The notes under the pieces are model-generated. The model was not told the origin of the DNA, made no database searches, and worked only from the letters and a program-made list of their open reading frames with translations. From the NCBI GenBank assembly GCA_002269645.1, contig NIVC01000263.1, positions 248,001-312,000 of the forward strand: a DNA stretch of 64,000 nt, given 5' to 3'. This document shows, one piece after another, positions 1 to 12,471 of the stretch. Every line of letters begins with the position of its first letter. Position 1 is the stretch's first letter. Made by a program: the position numbers and the translations under genes. The stretch is from Macrostomum lignano (taxonomy: Eukaryota).

Positions 1-140
1 TGGACTGTCAGACTGCCATTTTGACTGTCAGACTGCCATTTTGACTGTCAGACTGCCATTTTTACTGTCAGACTGCCATTTTTACTGTCAGACTGGCATA
101 TTGTTTGTCAGATTGACTGTCAGACTGGCATTATTGCCAG
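1..140. repeat. 20-bp tandem repeat (GACTGTCAGACTGCCATTTT), intronic
   Basis: Directly visible unit repetition upstream of the exon-184 acceptor. Confidence 0.85.
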
Positions 141-183
141 CTTATTGCCATTTCTATACCACTCCACCAACTCAACAATTCAG

Positions 184-3100
184 GCCCTGCTCACAGGCCG
201 CAACAAGTTCAATTTGAAGCCGGCCACAGGCATCGCCTACCTGGTTGAGCAGGGCCTGCTTGAGAACACTCCAGCCGCCGTGGCCAGCTTTCTATTTCAG
301 TCCACCAATCTCAGCAGGCGGGCAGTCGGGGACTACTTCGCGCACAGCAAGCCCTTCAACGTGCAGACCCTGGAAGCCTTCGCCGGCCTGTTTAACTTTG
401 CCGGCAAAAAGTTGATGCAGGCGTTGAGAGAATTTTTGGGCACCTTTGCCCTGGCCGGGGAGAGCCAGGTGAGTGCGGGCCTGGCTGCATCTAAATATTG
501 TCTCTGAGTATCTCACTCGCTGGCATCTTACACTATCTTAATTTGACTCTTGATTCTCAAGTCTGACTCGTGAGCATCAGGTACATCAGGCTCTTGACTC
601 ATCTAGATCTGACTCGTGAGCATCAGGTACATCAGGCTCTTGACTCATCTAGATCTGACTCGTGAGCATCACGTAAATCAGGCTCTTGACTCATCTAGAT
701 CTGACTCGTGAGCATCAGGTACATCAGGCTCTTGACTCATCTAGATCTGACTCGTGAGCCTCAGGTACATCAGGCTCTTGACTCATCTAAATCTGACTCG
801 TGAGCCTCAGGTACATCAGGCTCTTGACTCATCTAAATCTGACTCGTGAGCCTCAGGTACATCAGGCTCTTGACTCATCTAAATCTGACTCATGTGCCTC
901 AGGTACATCAGGCTCTTGACTCATCTAGATCTGACTCGTGAGCATCAGGTACATCAGGCTCTTGACTCATCTAAATCTGACTCGTGAGCATCAGGTACAT
1001 CAGGCTCTAATTGACTCATCTAGATCTGACTCATCTGGTACATCAGGCTCTTGACTCATCTAGATCTGACTCGTGTGCATCAGGTACATCAGGCTCTAAT
1101 TGACTCATCTCGATCTGACTCGTGAGCACCAGGTAAATCAGGCTCTAATTGACTCATCTAGATCTGACTCGTGAGCATCAGGTACATCAGGCTCTTGATT
1201 CATCTATATCTGACTCATGTGGTACATCAGGCTCTTGACTCATCTAAATCTGACTCGTGAGCACCAGGTACATCAGGCTCTTGACTCATCTAAATCTGAC
1301 TCGTGAGCACCAGGTACATCAGGCTCTTGGCTCATCTAGATCTGACTTATGTGCCTCAGGTACATCAGGCTCTTGACTCATCTAGATCTGACTCATGTGC
1401 CTCAGGTACATCAGGATCTAATTGACTCATCTAGATCTGACTCATGTGCCTCAGGTACATCAGGATCTAATTGACTCATCTAGATCTGACTCATGAGCAT
1501 CATGTACATCAGGCTCTAATTGACTCATCTAAATCTGACTCGTGAGCATCAGGTACATCAGGCTCTTGATTCATCTAGATCTGACTCATGTGGTACATCA
1601 GGCTCTTGACTCATCTAAATCTGACTCGTGAGCACCAGGTACATCAGGCTCTTGACTCATCTAAATCTGACTCGTGAGCACCAGGTACATCAGGCTCTTG
1701 ACTCATCTAAATCTGACTCGTGAGCACCAGGTAAATCAGGCTCCAAATTGGCTCATCTAGATCTGACTCGTGAGCATCAGGTACATCAGGCTCTTGATTC
1801 ATCTATATCTGACTCATGTGGTACATCAGGCTCTTGACTCATCTAAATCTGACTCGTGAGCACCAGGTACATCAGGCTCTTGACTCATCTAAATCTGACT
1901 CGTGAGCACCAGGTACATCAGGCTCTTGACTCATCTAAATCTGACTCGTGAGCACCAGGTAAATCAGGCTCTAATTGGCTCATCTAGATCTGACTCGTGA
2001 GCATCAGGTACATCAGGCTCTTGGCTCATCTAGATCTGACTTATGTGCCTCAGGTACATCAGGCTCTTGGCTCATCTAGATCTGACTCATGTGCCTCAGG
2101 TACATCAGGATCTAATTGACTCATCTAGATCTGACTCATGTGCCTCAGGTACATCAGGATCTAATTGACTCATCTAGATCTAACTCATGAGCATCATGTA
2201 CATCAGGCTCTAATTGACTCATCTAAATCTGACTCGTGAGCATCAGGTACATCAGGCTCTTGATTCATCTAGATCTGACTCATGTGGTACATCGGGCTCT
2301 TGACTCATCTAAATCTGACTCGTGAGCACCAGGTAAATCAGGCTCTAATTGGCTCATCTAGATCTGACTCGTGAGCATCAGGTACATCAGGCTCTTGGCT
2401 CATCTAGATCTGACTTATGTGCCTCAGGTACATCAGGCTCTTGGCTCATCTAGATCTGACTTATGTGCCTCAGGTACATCAGGCTCTTGACTCATCTAGA
2501 TCTGACTCATGTGCCTCAGGTACATCAGGCTCTAATTGACTCATCTAGATCTGACTCATGTGCCTCAGGTACATCAGGCTCTAATTGACTCATCTAGATC
2601 TGACTCATGTGCCTCAGGTACATCAGGCTCTAATTGACTCATCTAGATCTGACTCATGTGCCTCAGGTACATCAGGCTCTAATTGACTCATCTAGATCTG
2701 ACTCATGTGCCTCAGGTACATCAGGCTCTTGGCTCATCTAGATCTGACTTATGTGCCTCAGGTACATCAGGCTCTTGGCTCATCTAGATCTGACTCATGT
2801 GCATCAGGTACATCAGGCTCTAATTGACTCATCTAGATCTGACTCGTGAGCATCAGGTACATCAGGCTCTTGGCTCATCTAGATCTGACTTATGTGCCTC
2901 AGGTACATCAGGCTCTTGGCTCATCTAGATCTGACTCATGTGCCTCAGGTACATCAGGATCTAATTGACTCATCTAGATCTGACTCATGAGCATCATGTA
3001 CACCAGGCTCTAATTGACTCATCTAAATCTGACTCATGTGCCTCAGGTACATCAGGCTCTAATTGACTCATCTAGATCTGACTCATGTGCCTCATGTACA

Positions 3101-6100
3101 TCAGGCTCTAATTGACTCATCTAGATCTGACTCATGTGCCTCATGTACATCAGGCTCTAATTGGCTCATCTAGATCTGACTCGTGAGCATCAGGTACATC
3201 AGGCTCTTGGCTCATCTAGATCTGACTTATGTGCCTCAGGTACATCAGGCTCTTGACTCATCTAGATCTGACTCATGTGCCTCAGGTACATCAGGCTCTA
3301 ATTGACTCATCTAGATCTGACTCATGAGCATCAGGTACATCAGGCTCTTGGCTCATCTAGATCTGACTCATGTGCCTCATGTACATCAGGCTCTAATTGA
3401 CTCATCTAGATCTGACTCATGTGCCTCATGTACATCAGGCTCTTGGCTCATCTAGATCTGACTCATGTGCCTCAGGTACATCAGGCTCTAATTGACTCAT
3501 CTAAATCTGACTCATGAGCCTCAGGTACATCAGGCTCTAATTGACTCATCTAGATCTGACTCATGAGCCTCAGGTACATCAGGCTCTAATTGACTCATCT
3601 AAATCTGACTCATGAGCCTCAGGTACATCAGGCTCTAATTGACTCATCTAAATCTGACTCATGAGCCTCAGGTACATCAGGCTCTTGGCTCCCGTGTCTG
3701 AATTGTATAAATAGTGTATATCTAGAGGTAATTCTTGATGCAGACTATCAATCTATATAATTTCATTCATGTATTTATGAATGAATGCGCAATAAAATAA
3801 ATTGCCATCAAACACAGACACCAATAACCAGGTGGACCTGCTCTCTGATGGTGTCGAGTCGGAATCCTTTATTTACGGTTTAATTAACGCACCTGTTCTG
3901 TCTGTTTTCTACTAGTTGGTTAAATTATTTATTTATAAAACAATTTTGAAAAATATTTTTGCTGTTAATTTGCATCTGATGTCTAGTTTTTACTCACAGA
4001 AGGTCATGTTTTATGGTTTTTGAGGTCAAGGTTAAGGTCACGGTGAAGTCAAATAAGGTCACACTGTGTTGATAGATATCAAAACTGAAGACATGACTCT
4101 TCCAGATTGAAGAGCCAATCAGAAGCGAGTAAGAGGGAGAGAGAGAGGTTGAAGGCTCAATCTGCGTCACTTCATGTTAGTTTAATGCTACCATCTTAGT
4201 GCTTCATTTTGTTGCTTACTGTTAAATTAGAATAACTCTAATGTCGCAGTTCCAGTTCGCTAACGCGCCCTCAAATCTCTCTCATCGCAGGTGATCGAGC
4301 GCTGCATTTCGGTGTTCGCCAAGTCGTTCGCCTCTCAGAATCCTGACTTCCCACTCAGCGCCGATCGAATTTTTGTCCTGTGCTACGCCTGCATGATTCT
4401 CAACACTGCGCTGCACAATGAGAACGCTAAGAAGGATAAAACAACCAGGTTAGCGCGGCGCGTGGCTTTGTAATAATTCGTATTTAGACATTTCTCAAAG
4501 AATGTAACAAGCTCATCAAATTTTGTATTTTAGCTGATCCCACACCTAATCAGCTGATCCCAATCAGCTGATCCCACACCCGAAAATCAGCTGATCCCAC
4601 ACCCGAAAATCAGCTGATCCCACATCCCCAAATCAGCTGATCCCACACCCGAAAATCAGCAGATCCCACACCCGAAAATCAGCAGATCCCACATCCCCAA
4701 ATCAGCTGATCCCACACCCGAAAATCAGCGGATCCCACACCCCCAAATCAGCTGATCCCATCTGACCCATCAGCGGATCCCACACCCCCAAATCAGCTGA
4801 TCCCACACCTCAATCAGCGGGTTCCACACCCCCAAATCAGCGGATCCCACACCCAATCAGCGGATCCCACACCCCAATCAGCGGATCCCACACCCAATCA
4901 GCGGATCCCACACCCAATCAGCGGATCCCACACCCAATTAGCGGATCCCACACCCTAATCAGCGGATCTGTGGTGATGTGGGCTCACAGGCTCGGACCCT
5001 TCGTGCCCCTTTCCCCGACCCGGGTTCGCGTACTGACCCTGGCTGCGATCCTCCACAGTCTCGCGTACGACGCGCTTCCTTCCTCTAAATCAGCTGATCC
5101 CATCTGACCCATCAGCGGATCCCACACCCCCAAATCAGCTGATCCCACACCTCAATCAGCGGGTTCCACACCCCCAAATCAGCGGATCCCACACCCAATC
5201 AGCGGATCCCACACCCCCAAATCAGCGGATCCCACACCCAATCAGCGGATCCCACACCCCAATCAGCGGATCCCACACCCAATCAGCGGATCCCACACCC
5301 CCAAATCAGCGGATCCCACACCCAATTAGCGGATCCCACACCCCAATCAGCGGATCTGTGGTGATGTGGGCTCACAGGCTCGGACCCTTCGTGCCCCTTT
5401 CCCCGACCTTTCCCTGATCCCACACTCAATCAGCTGATCCCACACTCAATCAGCGGATCCCACACTCAATCAGCGGATCCCACACTCAATCAGCGGATCC
5501 CACACCCAATCAGCGAATCCCACACTCAATCAGCGGATCTCACACCCAATCAGCTGATCCCACACTCAATCAGCGGATCCCACACCCAATCAGCTGATCC
5601 CACACTCAATCAGCGGATCCCACACCAAATCAGCGGATCCCACACTCAATCAGCGGATCCCACACCCAATCAGCGGATCCCACACTCAATCAGCGGATCC
5701 CACACTCAATCAGCGGATCCCACATCCCAATCAGCTGATCCCACATCCAATCAGCGGATCCCACACCCTAAATCAGCGGATCCCACACCCAATCAGCGGA
5801 TCCCACACTCAATCAGCTGATCCCACAGTCAATCAGCTGATCCCACATCCAATCAGCTGATCCCACACTCAATCAGCTGATCCCACATCCAATCAGCTGA
5901 TCCCACACCCCCGCAGAATCGGCAGCCCGGAGGACTTTCAGGCCATGCTGGAGAGGGCGGATCTGCGCGACCTGGACCGGGCCTTTGTCCGCGACATCTA
6001 CGAGGACATCCGGCTGCAGCCGTTTGTTAATAATGGCGGCGATTCCTTTGAGGACCTGCTGCACAGCGTGTGCAATGTGATCAAGGAGGGCTACCTGTAC

Positions 6101-7754
6101 AAGCAGGTGGGTTCGGCTGAATTGAAGGATTGCGCGAGTCTTCTTTGTGAATAACTGAAACGAATCGTTTTCTAAGGGGGGGGGGGTTCAAAAGCTAATA
6201 TTCAGATAATAGTTCGTGAGGGATGAGATTTTGTAGCTAATAGTTTGTGAGGGATGAGATTTTGAAAACAATAATTCGTGAGGGATGAGATTTTGAAAGC
6301 AATAATTCGTGAGAGATGAGATTTTGGAAACAATAATTCGTGAGGGATGAGATTTTGGAAACAATAATTCGTGAGGGATGAGATTTTGGAAACAATAATT
6401 CGTGAGGGATGAGATTTTGTAGCTAATAGTTTGTGAGGGATGAGATTTTGGAAACAATAATTCGTGAGAGATGAGATTTTGAAAGCAATAATTCGTGAGA
6501 GATGAGATTTTGGAAACAATAATTCGTGAGGGATGAGATTTTGGAAACAATAATTCGTGAGGGATGAGATTTTGGAAACAATAATTCGTGAGGGATGAGA
6601 TTTTGAAAACAATAATTCGTGAGGGATGAGATTTTGAAAACAATAATTCGTGAGGGATGAGATTTTGGAAACAATAATTCGTGAGGGATGAGATTTTGGA
6701 AACAAAAAATTCGTGAGGGATGAGATTTTGAAAACAATAATTCGTGAGGGATGAGATTTTGAAAACAATAATTCGTGAGGGATGAGATTTTGAAAACAAT
6801 AATTCGTGAGGGATGAGATTTTGGAAACAATAATTCGTGAGGGATGAGATTTTGTAGCTAATAGTTTGTGAGGGATGAGATTTTGGAAACAATAATTCGT
6901 GAGAGATGAGATTTTGAAAGCAATAATTCGTGAGAGATGAGATTTTGGAAACAATAATTCGTGAGGGATGAGATTTTGGAAACAATAATTCGTGAGGGAT
7001 GAGATTTTGGAAACAATAATTCGTGAGGGATGAGATTTTGGAAACAATAATTCGTGAGGGATGAGATTTTGAAAACAATAATTCGTGAGGGATGAGATTT
7101 TGAAAGCAATAATTCGTGAGAGATGAGATTTTTAAAGCAATAATTCGTGAGAGATGAGATTTTTAAAGCAATAATTCGTGAGAGATGAGATTTTGAAAGC
7201 AATAATTCGTGAGAGATGAGATTTTTAAAGCAATAAATCGTGGGAGATGAGAGTTTGAAGACAATTGCTTTGGCTAGCGAGATTTTGAACTAAGAAAGGA
7301 TTTAATACTAATGCTAATAAAGATTGCCCCACGGTTGTCCCAGCTGTCAATCTCATCTAACACCCCAACGCAACTCCAGGGCGGCAAGGTGCGCACCTGG
7401 AAGCGACGCTACTGCATGCTTCACGGCGGCCAGCTCAGCTACCTGGCTGACAAGTCCAGCAATTATCCCAAGGGGATCATACAGTTAAGGGATCTGGGAG
7501 TTCGCGAAGCGCCAGACAAGGCTAAGAGCTTCTGCTTCGAGCTGTTCAGCCATCGAGACGAGCGGATCGAGGCGTACAAGACCGACTCGTCCAACTCGGT
7601 GGTGGCCGGCAGGCACAGCGTGTACAAGTTCTCCGCCCAGTCGTTGGATGACCTGCAGTCCTGGGTTCGCGCCCTCACGGACAGCATTCAAGAGCAGCGC
7701 TTCTTCACTGTCAAGCGGAATTTGAGCTACCAGCCGCAGCCCGTGCCGCAGTGA
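184..7754 (+). CDS. cyth: Cytohesin/ARNO-like ARF guanine-nucleotide exchange factor (Sec7 + PH), 5'-partial; exons 184-468, 4291-4448, 5917-6106, 7380-7754
   Basis: The Sec7 motif FALAGESQ|VIER with the glutamic finger is split across GT-AG exons. It is followed by FVLCYACMILNTALHN, then the PH domain KEGYLYKQ|GGKVRTWKRRY...FCFELF...W. All junctions are phase-compatible (0, 2, 0) and the four exons total 1008 nt. Upstream exons lie outside the window. Confidence 0.9.
540..3690. repeat. About 46-49-bp minisatellite (GACTCATCTAGATCTGACTCGTGAGCATCAGGTACATCAGGCTCTT) filling a cytohesin intron
   Basis: More than 3 kb of tandem copies with variant blocks (CTCTT/CTCTAATT, GTGAGC/ATGTGC). Confidence 0.97.
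4533..5910. repeat. About 20-22-bp minisatellite (AATCAGCGGATCCCACACCC) running up to the 5916 splice acceptor
   Basis: Tandem copies, interrupted twice by a unique GC-rich segment (about 4968 and about 5357). Confidence 0.95.
6206..7250. repeat. 31-bp minisatellite (AATAATTCGTGAGGGATGAGATTTTGGAAAC)
   Basis: Tandem copies; the 31-aa periodicity of the overlapping minus-strand ORFs matches three units. Confidence 0.95.
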
Positions 7755-7974
7755 TTCGCGATTGCGGCGGTCCCTCACGGATGCGGCAGGTCTAGGACTG
7801 CGCGTGCGTGCCGCATGCACAGATTAGCGCTGCATAATCGCTTGACCAATCTGTTCTACAGAATGTACGTTCCGCACAACTCCTTAATTTTTATTTTATC
7901 ATGGTTAGTGTCAGATTTAAAGATTACATGTGTAGCAGATATAAATCGTCTTTATTGCAATTAAATAATCTTCC

Positions 7975-8370
7975 CTGATCCCCTAGGTTATCCCTTAATC
8001 CCATTCCCACTCCTGAGCTCTTAGTTTCCAATGGGATTTGAGAATCTGTGCCAATCCCAGCATCACTGATCCCCTAGTTCCCAGTGGGATTTGGGAGCCT
8101 ATCCCAAACCTAGCATTCCTGATCCCCTAAGATATCCTCTGGTCTAATTCCCAGCATCCCTGATCCCCTAGTTTCCCCATGGGATTTGGGAATCTATCCC
8201 AATCCCAGCATCCCTGATCTCTTGGTTTCCCATGGAATTAGGGAATCTATCCCAATCCCAGCATCCCTGATATCTTAGTTTCCCATGGAATTAGGGAATC
8301 TATCCCAATCCCAGCATCCTTGATCTCTTAGTTTCCCATGGAATTAGGGAATCTATCCCAATCCTGGCTA
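7975..8370. repeat. About 50-bp tandem repeat (GGGAATCTATCCCAATCCCAGCATCCCTGATCTCTTAGTTTCCCATGGAATTA)
   Basis: About 6-7 diverged copies downstream of the cytohesin stop codon. Confidence 0.85.
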
Positions 8371-8714
8371 TCTGATGTTCATTAAACCTCTTTCAGAATG
8401 CGTTGATTTTTGCCATTTTTCGACTACATCGAGCTGTAAATACTGATTTGCTGATCTACTTTAAAATAATAGTTTTATTAATAGTGCAACTCAATACTGT
8501 GATTGTCTGTTCTGAGATTGGAATTTGTTTATTCATTTTTGTCGCGTCGTTAAGTATTATTACGCTTCTAAGCAGTTTCTTACTTGCTTTATTTGTGGCT
8601 ATATTTTTTAATTTGGAAAAATATCATTTGATTTTTTAATACTACTCTTGTCAGTAGCATCGAATAAATGAGTGTTTGGCTTTACCTCTACGCGACGGGT
8701 GGTGTTTAGCATCA

Positions 8715-11218
8715 CCCCTGTTGCCGACGGCTGTCCCGAAATCGGGACATAGACTATTGGACAGTCGCTAAAGTTGCTGCTGCAGCACCCCCTTTCCCGC
8801 CGGTTTCTCTCTGTCGCGACTGTCGTTGTCATTTCTTCAGTTCATCTGCACTTGTCTCTGTTTACTGTTTTTTCCTCTTGGTCCAGTTCAGTCTTGTTAT
8901 TTTTATCTGTTTCCCTCGCTGCCTTCTGATTGGCTCTTCAACCTCGCCTCTTTTTAGTCACGAGTTCCACCCCCTCATTTTATTATCTTCACTCCCCCCC
9001 CATAGTTTAATATCTTAAATATATTCGTTTAGGGCCCTGTCCAATTACAATTAAATAGCTATATATTTACTGTCTCACTGGCTGCTGCGCTTCCTCGCGT
9101 TGTTCTTGCCATGGAATCTGAAAACGAATACGCAGAAATTTTCACTGATGACGACTCGCTGGAGTCGCTAGATGGAATCGAGGACGAGATTATGGAGGAA
9201 GAAGGCGAAGAAGCAGAAGAAGAAGAAGAAGAAGGCATGCAGACAGAGGAAGTTGGTGATGTACCAGAGTGGCAGTTTGTTCAGGCTGGAATGGATGCTG
9301 TGTCGAATGAAGCCGAGTTTCTGGGAACACCAGGGGTTCGCCCAGATTGGAGGCCTCCAGCTTCAGCTGATGGAAACGAAGAGGAGTTTCTGCGTCTGTA
9401 CCTCACTGATGGAATTATTGCAAGCGTGAAAACCTGGACGAATCGTAGGGCGTGGAAGATATTCGAGGAGTGCGCTGACGAAGAGCAGTTGCCGAAGCTG
9501 GTAAAGAACTGGAAAGATTGTACAGACGATGAGGTGAGGAAGCTGTTCGGGATTGTTCTGTTGATGGGCCTGGACAAAAAGCCGGAGATCAGCAGCTACT
9601 GGAGCCAGGACCCTGTTTTCCATTGCTCCTTTCTGTCAATGCCCAATGCCCTCTCGAGAGATAGGTTCAAGCAGCTGCTTTCCTGCCTTCGTTTCTACGA
9701 CTGCACGGATGTTCAGGAAGGGCCCTTGGCCAAAATCCAGCCATTTCTACACCAGCTGCAGCGGGTGTGCAGCAACAATTACATGCCGCGTCAGCACATT
9801 TCCGTGGACGAAACGCTCGTCTTGTACAAGGGGCGTCTGCTGTTCAAGCAGTACATCCCGACTAAGAGGAGCAGATACGGTGTCAAGCTGTACTGCCTGT
9901 GCGAGTCGGAGACTGGCTACTTGTGGAATTTCGCAGTCCACTCCACGGAGCACGCGAATGCACAGTTTGGACTGGGACTCGAGTGCGGCGGCCTCTCTAT
10001 AAGTGAGCGAATTGTGGCCGAGCTGTGCCGTGAACTCCTGCACATGAATTATAACGTGTTCACGGACAGCTGGTTCACGTCGCATCGGCTGGCCGTTTGG
10101 CTGCTAGCGAATGGAACTCGGCTGACCGGCACTGTGCGCAGCAATCGAGGCGTCCCGCAGTTGCTGCAGCAACTGCAACTGCGACCGACTGCGGCGGCTT
10201 TCGCGAGGAACGGTGAGGTGCTCGCTTGTAAGTTCGTGGACAGGAAGAGCAGCGGAACAAAGACCGTGTATCTCCTGGACACTGCTGGGCAGGCTGCCTG
10301 TGTGAACGTGCCACGAGTCCGTCGGGGAGGCGAGCAGCAGGTGATCGCGAAGCCAGTGACAGTGGTCACCTACTCGAAGAGTATGGGCGGCGTGGACCGT
10401 ATGGATTCGGCAGCGAACCCCTACCTGGCCAGCCGGAAGACGCTGCGCTGGTTTCAGAAACTTGCGTTTTACCTGCTGCTGCTTCTAGTTCGGAACTCGT
10501 GGATCGTCTACCGCCAGCACGGAGGTACCAAGACTTTCGTGGCGTTTCTGCGCAAAGCGGTCAGCATCTTGGTGGAGGAGACTGGCAGGGGCAGGCGCCA
10601 TTTCGCTGTCAGGGCAGGCCGTCCTGCAGCAGTCGGACCGGCAGGTGACGGCCCTGCAGTACAGCATTTGCCGACCAAAGCTCCATTGAACGCTGCCAAT
10701 GTTCGGCCGCGCAATCGATGCCGCGTGTGCAGCGAGAACCGAATCGCGAAGAAGACCGTGTACATATGCCCTGATTGTCCGGGAGTACCAGCACTTTGCA
10801 TAGGCCAGTGCTTTAGAAACTGGCACAGCCAGCCGCACTGACTGTTACAGACCTCGTCTTCATGTTTTTTTCTTCCACACCCCCGGTTGACTTTGCTCTC
10901 TGCATTCCTAACCCGCTCTCCTTTTTGTCCCCACCCTTGAATAAAATTTAAGTAAATATTTATGGAGTACCCTAACAAGGAGCTTTCCGTTGCTATGGTG
11001 TCAATCCAAAATTATCTGTTCTAATCCTGTTTCTGTTTTGTTAGCACTTTCACTTGTTTTAAATTAAAATAAAGCAGTGTGTCCCGTTTTTGGGACATAG
11101 CCGTCGGCAACGGCAGTGCAGCGCAGCTGCAGTTTTGACCATAGAACTTAGTTTTAAGTTTTCGGCTGCAGCAGAAGTGGCTGCTTGTCCCGTATTCGGG
11201 ACATCCGTCGGCTTACCG
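8715..11218 (+). mobile_element. piggyBac-superfamily DNA transposon with imperfect inverted terminal/subterminal repeats
   Basis: Left motif GTTGCCGACGGCTGTCCCGAAATCGGGAC (about 8720-8748) is inverted relative to GTCCCGTTTTTGGGACATAGCCGTCGGCAAC (11081-11111) and GTCCCGTATTCGGGACATCCGTCGGC (11187-11212). TTAA follows at 11219-11222. The left boundary is uncertain because no TTAA abuts it. Confidence 0.75.
9111..10841 (+). CDS. piggyBac transposase (DDD catalytic core + C-terminal cysteine-rich domain), 576 aa, uninterrupted
   Basis: Motifs SVDETLVLYKGR, QYIPTKRSRYGVKLYCLC, FTDSWFTS, MGGVDRMD, and the CRD CRVC...CPDC...LCIGQCFRNWH; acidic N-terminus. Confidence 0.95.
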   Translation: MESENEYAEIFTDDDSLESLDGIEDEIMEEEGEEAEEEEEEGMQTEEVGDVPEWQFVQAGMDAVSNEAEFLGTPGVRPDWRPPASADGNEEEFLRLYLTDGIIASVKTWTNRRAWKIFEECADEEQLPKLVKNWKDCTDDEVRKLFGIVLLMGLDKKPEISSYWSQDPVFHCSFLSMPNALSRDRFKQLLSCLRFYDCTDVQEGPLAKIQPFLHQLQRVCSNNYMPRQHISVDETLVLYKGRLLFKQYIPTKRSRYGVKLYCLCESETGYLWNFAVHSTEHANAQFGLGLECGGLSISERIVAELCRELLHMNYNVFTDSWFTSHRLAVWLLANGTRLTGTVRSNRGVPQLLQQLQLRPTAAAFARNGEVLACKFVDRKSSGTKTVYLLDTAGQAACVNVPRVRRGGEQQVIAKPVTVVTYSKSMGGVDRMDSAANPYLASRKTLRWFQKLAFYLLLLLVRNSWIVYRQHGGTKTFVAFLRKAVSILVEETGRGRRHFAVRAGRPAAVGPAGDGPAVQHLPTKAPLNAANVRPRNRCRVCSENRIAKKTVYICPDCPGVPALCIGQCFRNWHSQPH

Positions 11219-11464
11219 TTAAAGGCCAGTTTCATTTTGTTTTTTAGACTATATTTTTGTTGTGAAATAATACACAGATTATAAATAACATCGGACCCTG
11301 CAATATCGATGTCAATAATCATTAATTTGCTGAAAGATTGATTGTTTATGCAAGTTCGCTGGTCTATTTTTTTACATCTTTATATAGTTATGATAAAGAA
11401 ATTTGCTGAGTTAGTGTTTAAAATAAATCACTAATTAGATAAACACAGAGATGATAGCGGTACA

Positions 11465-11600
11465 AACAGATAAAGACAGCAGTAGAAGCAGATAGAGACA
11501 GCAGTAGAAGCAGATAGAGACAGCAGTAGAAGCAGATAGAGACAGCAGTAGAAGCAGATAGAGACAGCAATAGAGGCAGATAGAGACAGCAGTAGGAGAA
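11465..11600. repeat. 22-bp tandem repeat (GACAGCAGTAGAAGCAGATAGA)
   Basis: About 5-6 visible copies. Confidence 0.85.
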
Positions 11601-12471
11601 GAAGATCTAAAGTAGTTTGCAGCGGGGATTTCGGGCACTGCTTCAAACCAAAAGCCACAGTCGACCCTTAGCCCACGAGGAGGCGGGCAGCAATTTCGCT
11701 GACCTCTGAGCACGCACACGGATGCACACACCTCCCTCGGTCAATTTTGGTGCAGAAGCCCTGAATTGATGTCGCACGAGAGATATAGAAAAAAACAAAA
11801 TACGCAAAAGCGAAAGCTTACAAGCGTAGAAGAGTTCTAAATCCGAGATTCTATACGAAAAGTTCATATGGAATACCTTTAAGGCTGTTTTCGAGACAGT
11901 CTTTGAAAGTAAAAATAGCATCTAGTAAATTGAATTCCAGCCAAAAGGGTTATCATTTGTTACATTGTACGATTTGAAAAACTCCAAACTATTTGTTTCA
12001 TCAAATGAACCAATGAGAAGACAAGCAAAATAGTAAAAAAAGACGAGTCTGGGGGAGGGGAGTTTTTACCTGTATTGTTCCCATACAATCACAGTGTTCA
12101 ATCAGTCATTTCAAGGAGCAGTGTTTGCTACCAGAGCAGTATTTGCAGTGTTTGAGTGTGATGCAGAAGTAAGTTGTGTTAGACAGTAAATCTGTGAGGA
12201 AAGCCGGGAAACCCTCGATTGTTAATTAATACGAGGCATTGGTAACACCGTTTTGGACATTGCTTAGGGTTAGTAGTTAGCTCAACATAGTTTAGTTATA
12301 ATTTATGACAGTTGCGTCACTTTATTTGCTCCGGAGTCTGTGCCAGTCAATCTGCCGTGTGCAGCTGTTCCTCATGGATTGGCTCGATGATCACTTGATC
12401 GGCAATTGAAGCTGCGGACTGAAAAGAAAATATCGCATGAAAATTACAAACTGCCGGTACTGATGAGTTGA

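Noticed and set aside
6188-7202. Minus-strand repeat ORFs (KSHPSRII...)
   Set aside because: They are a 31-bp intronic minisatellite read in several frames.
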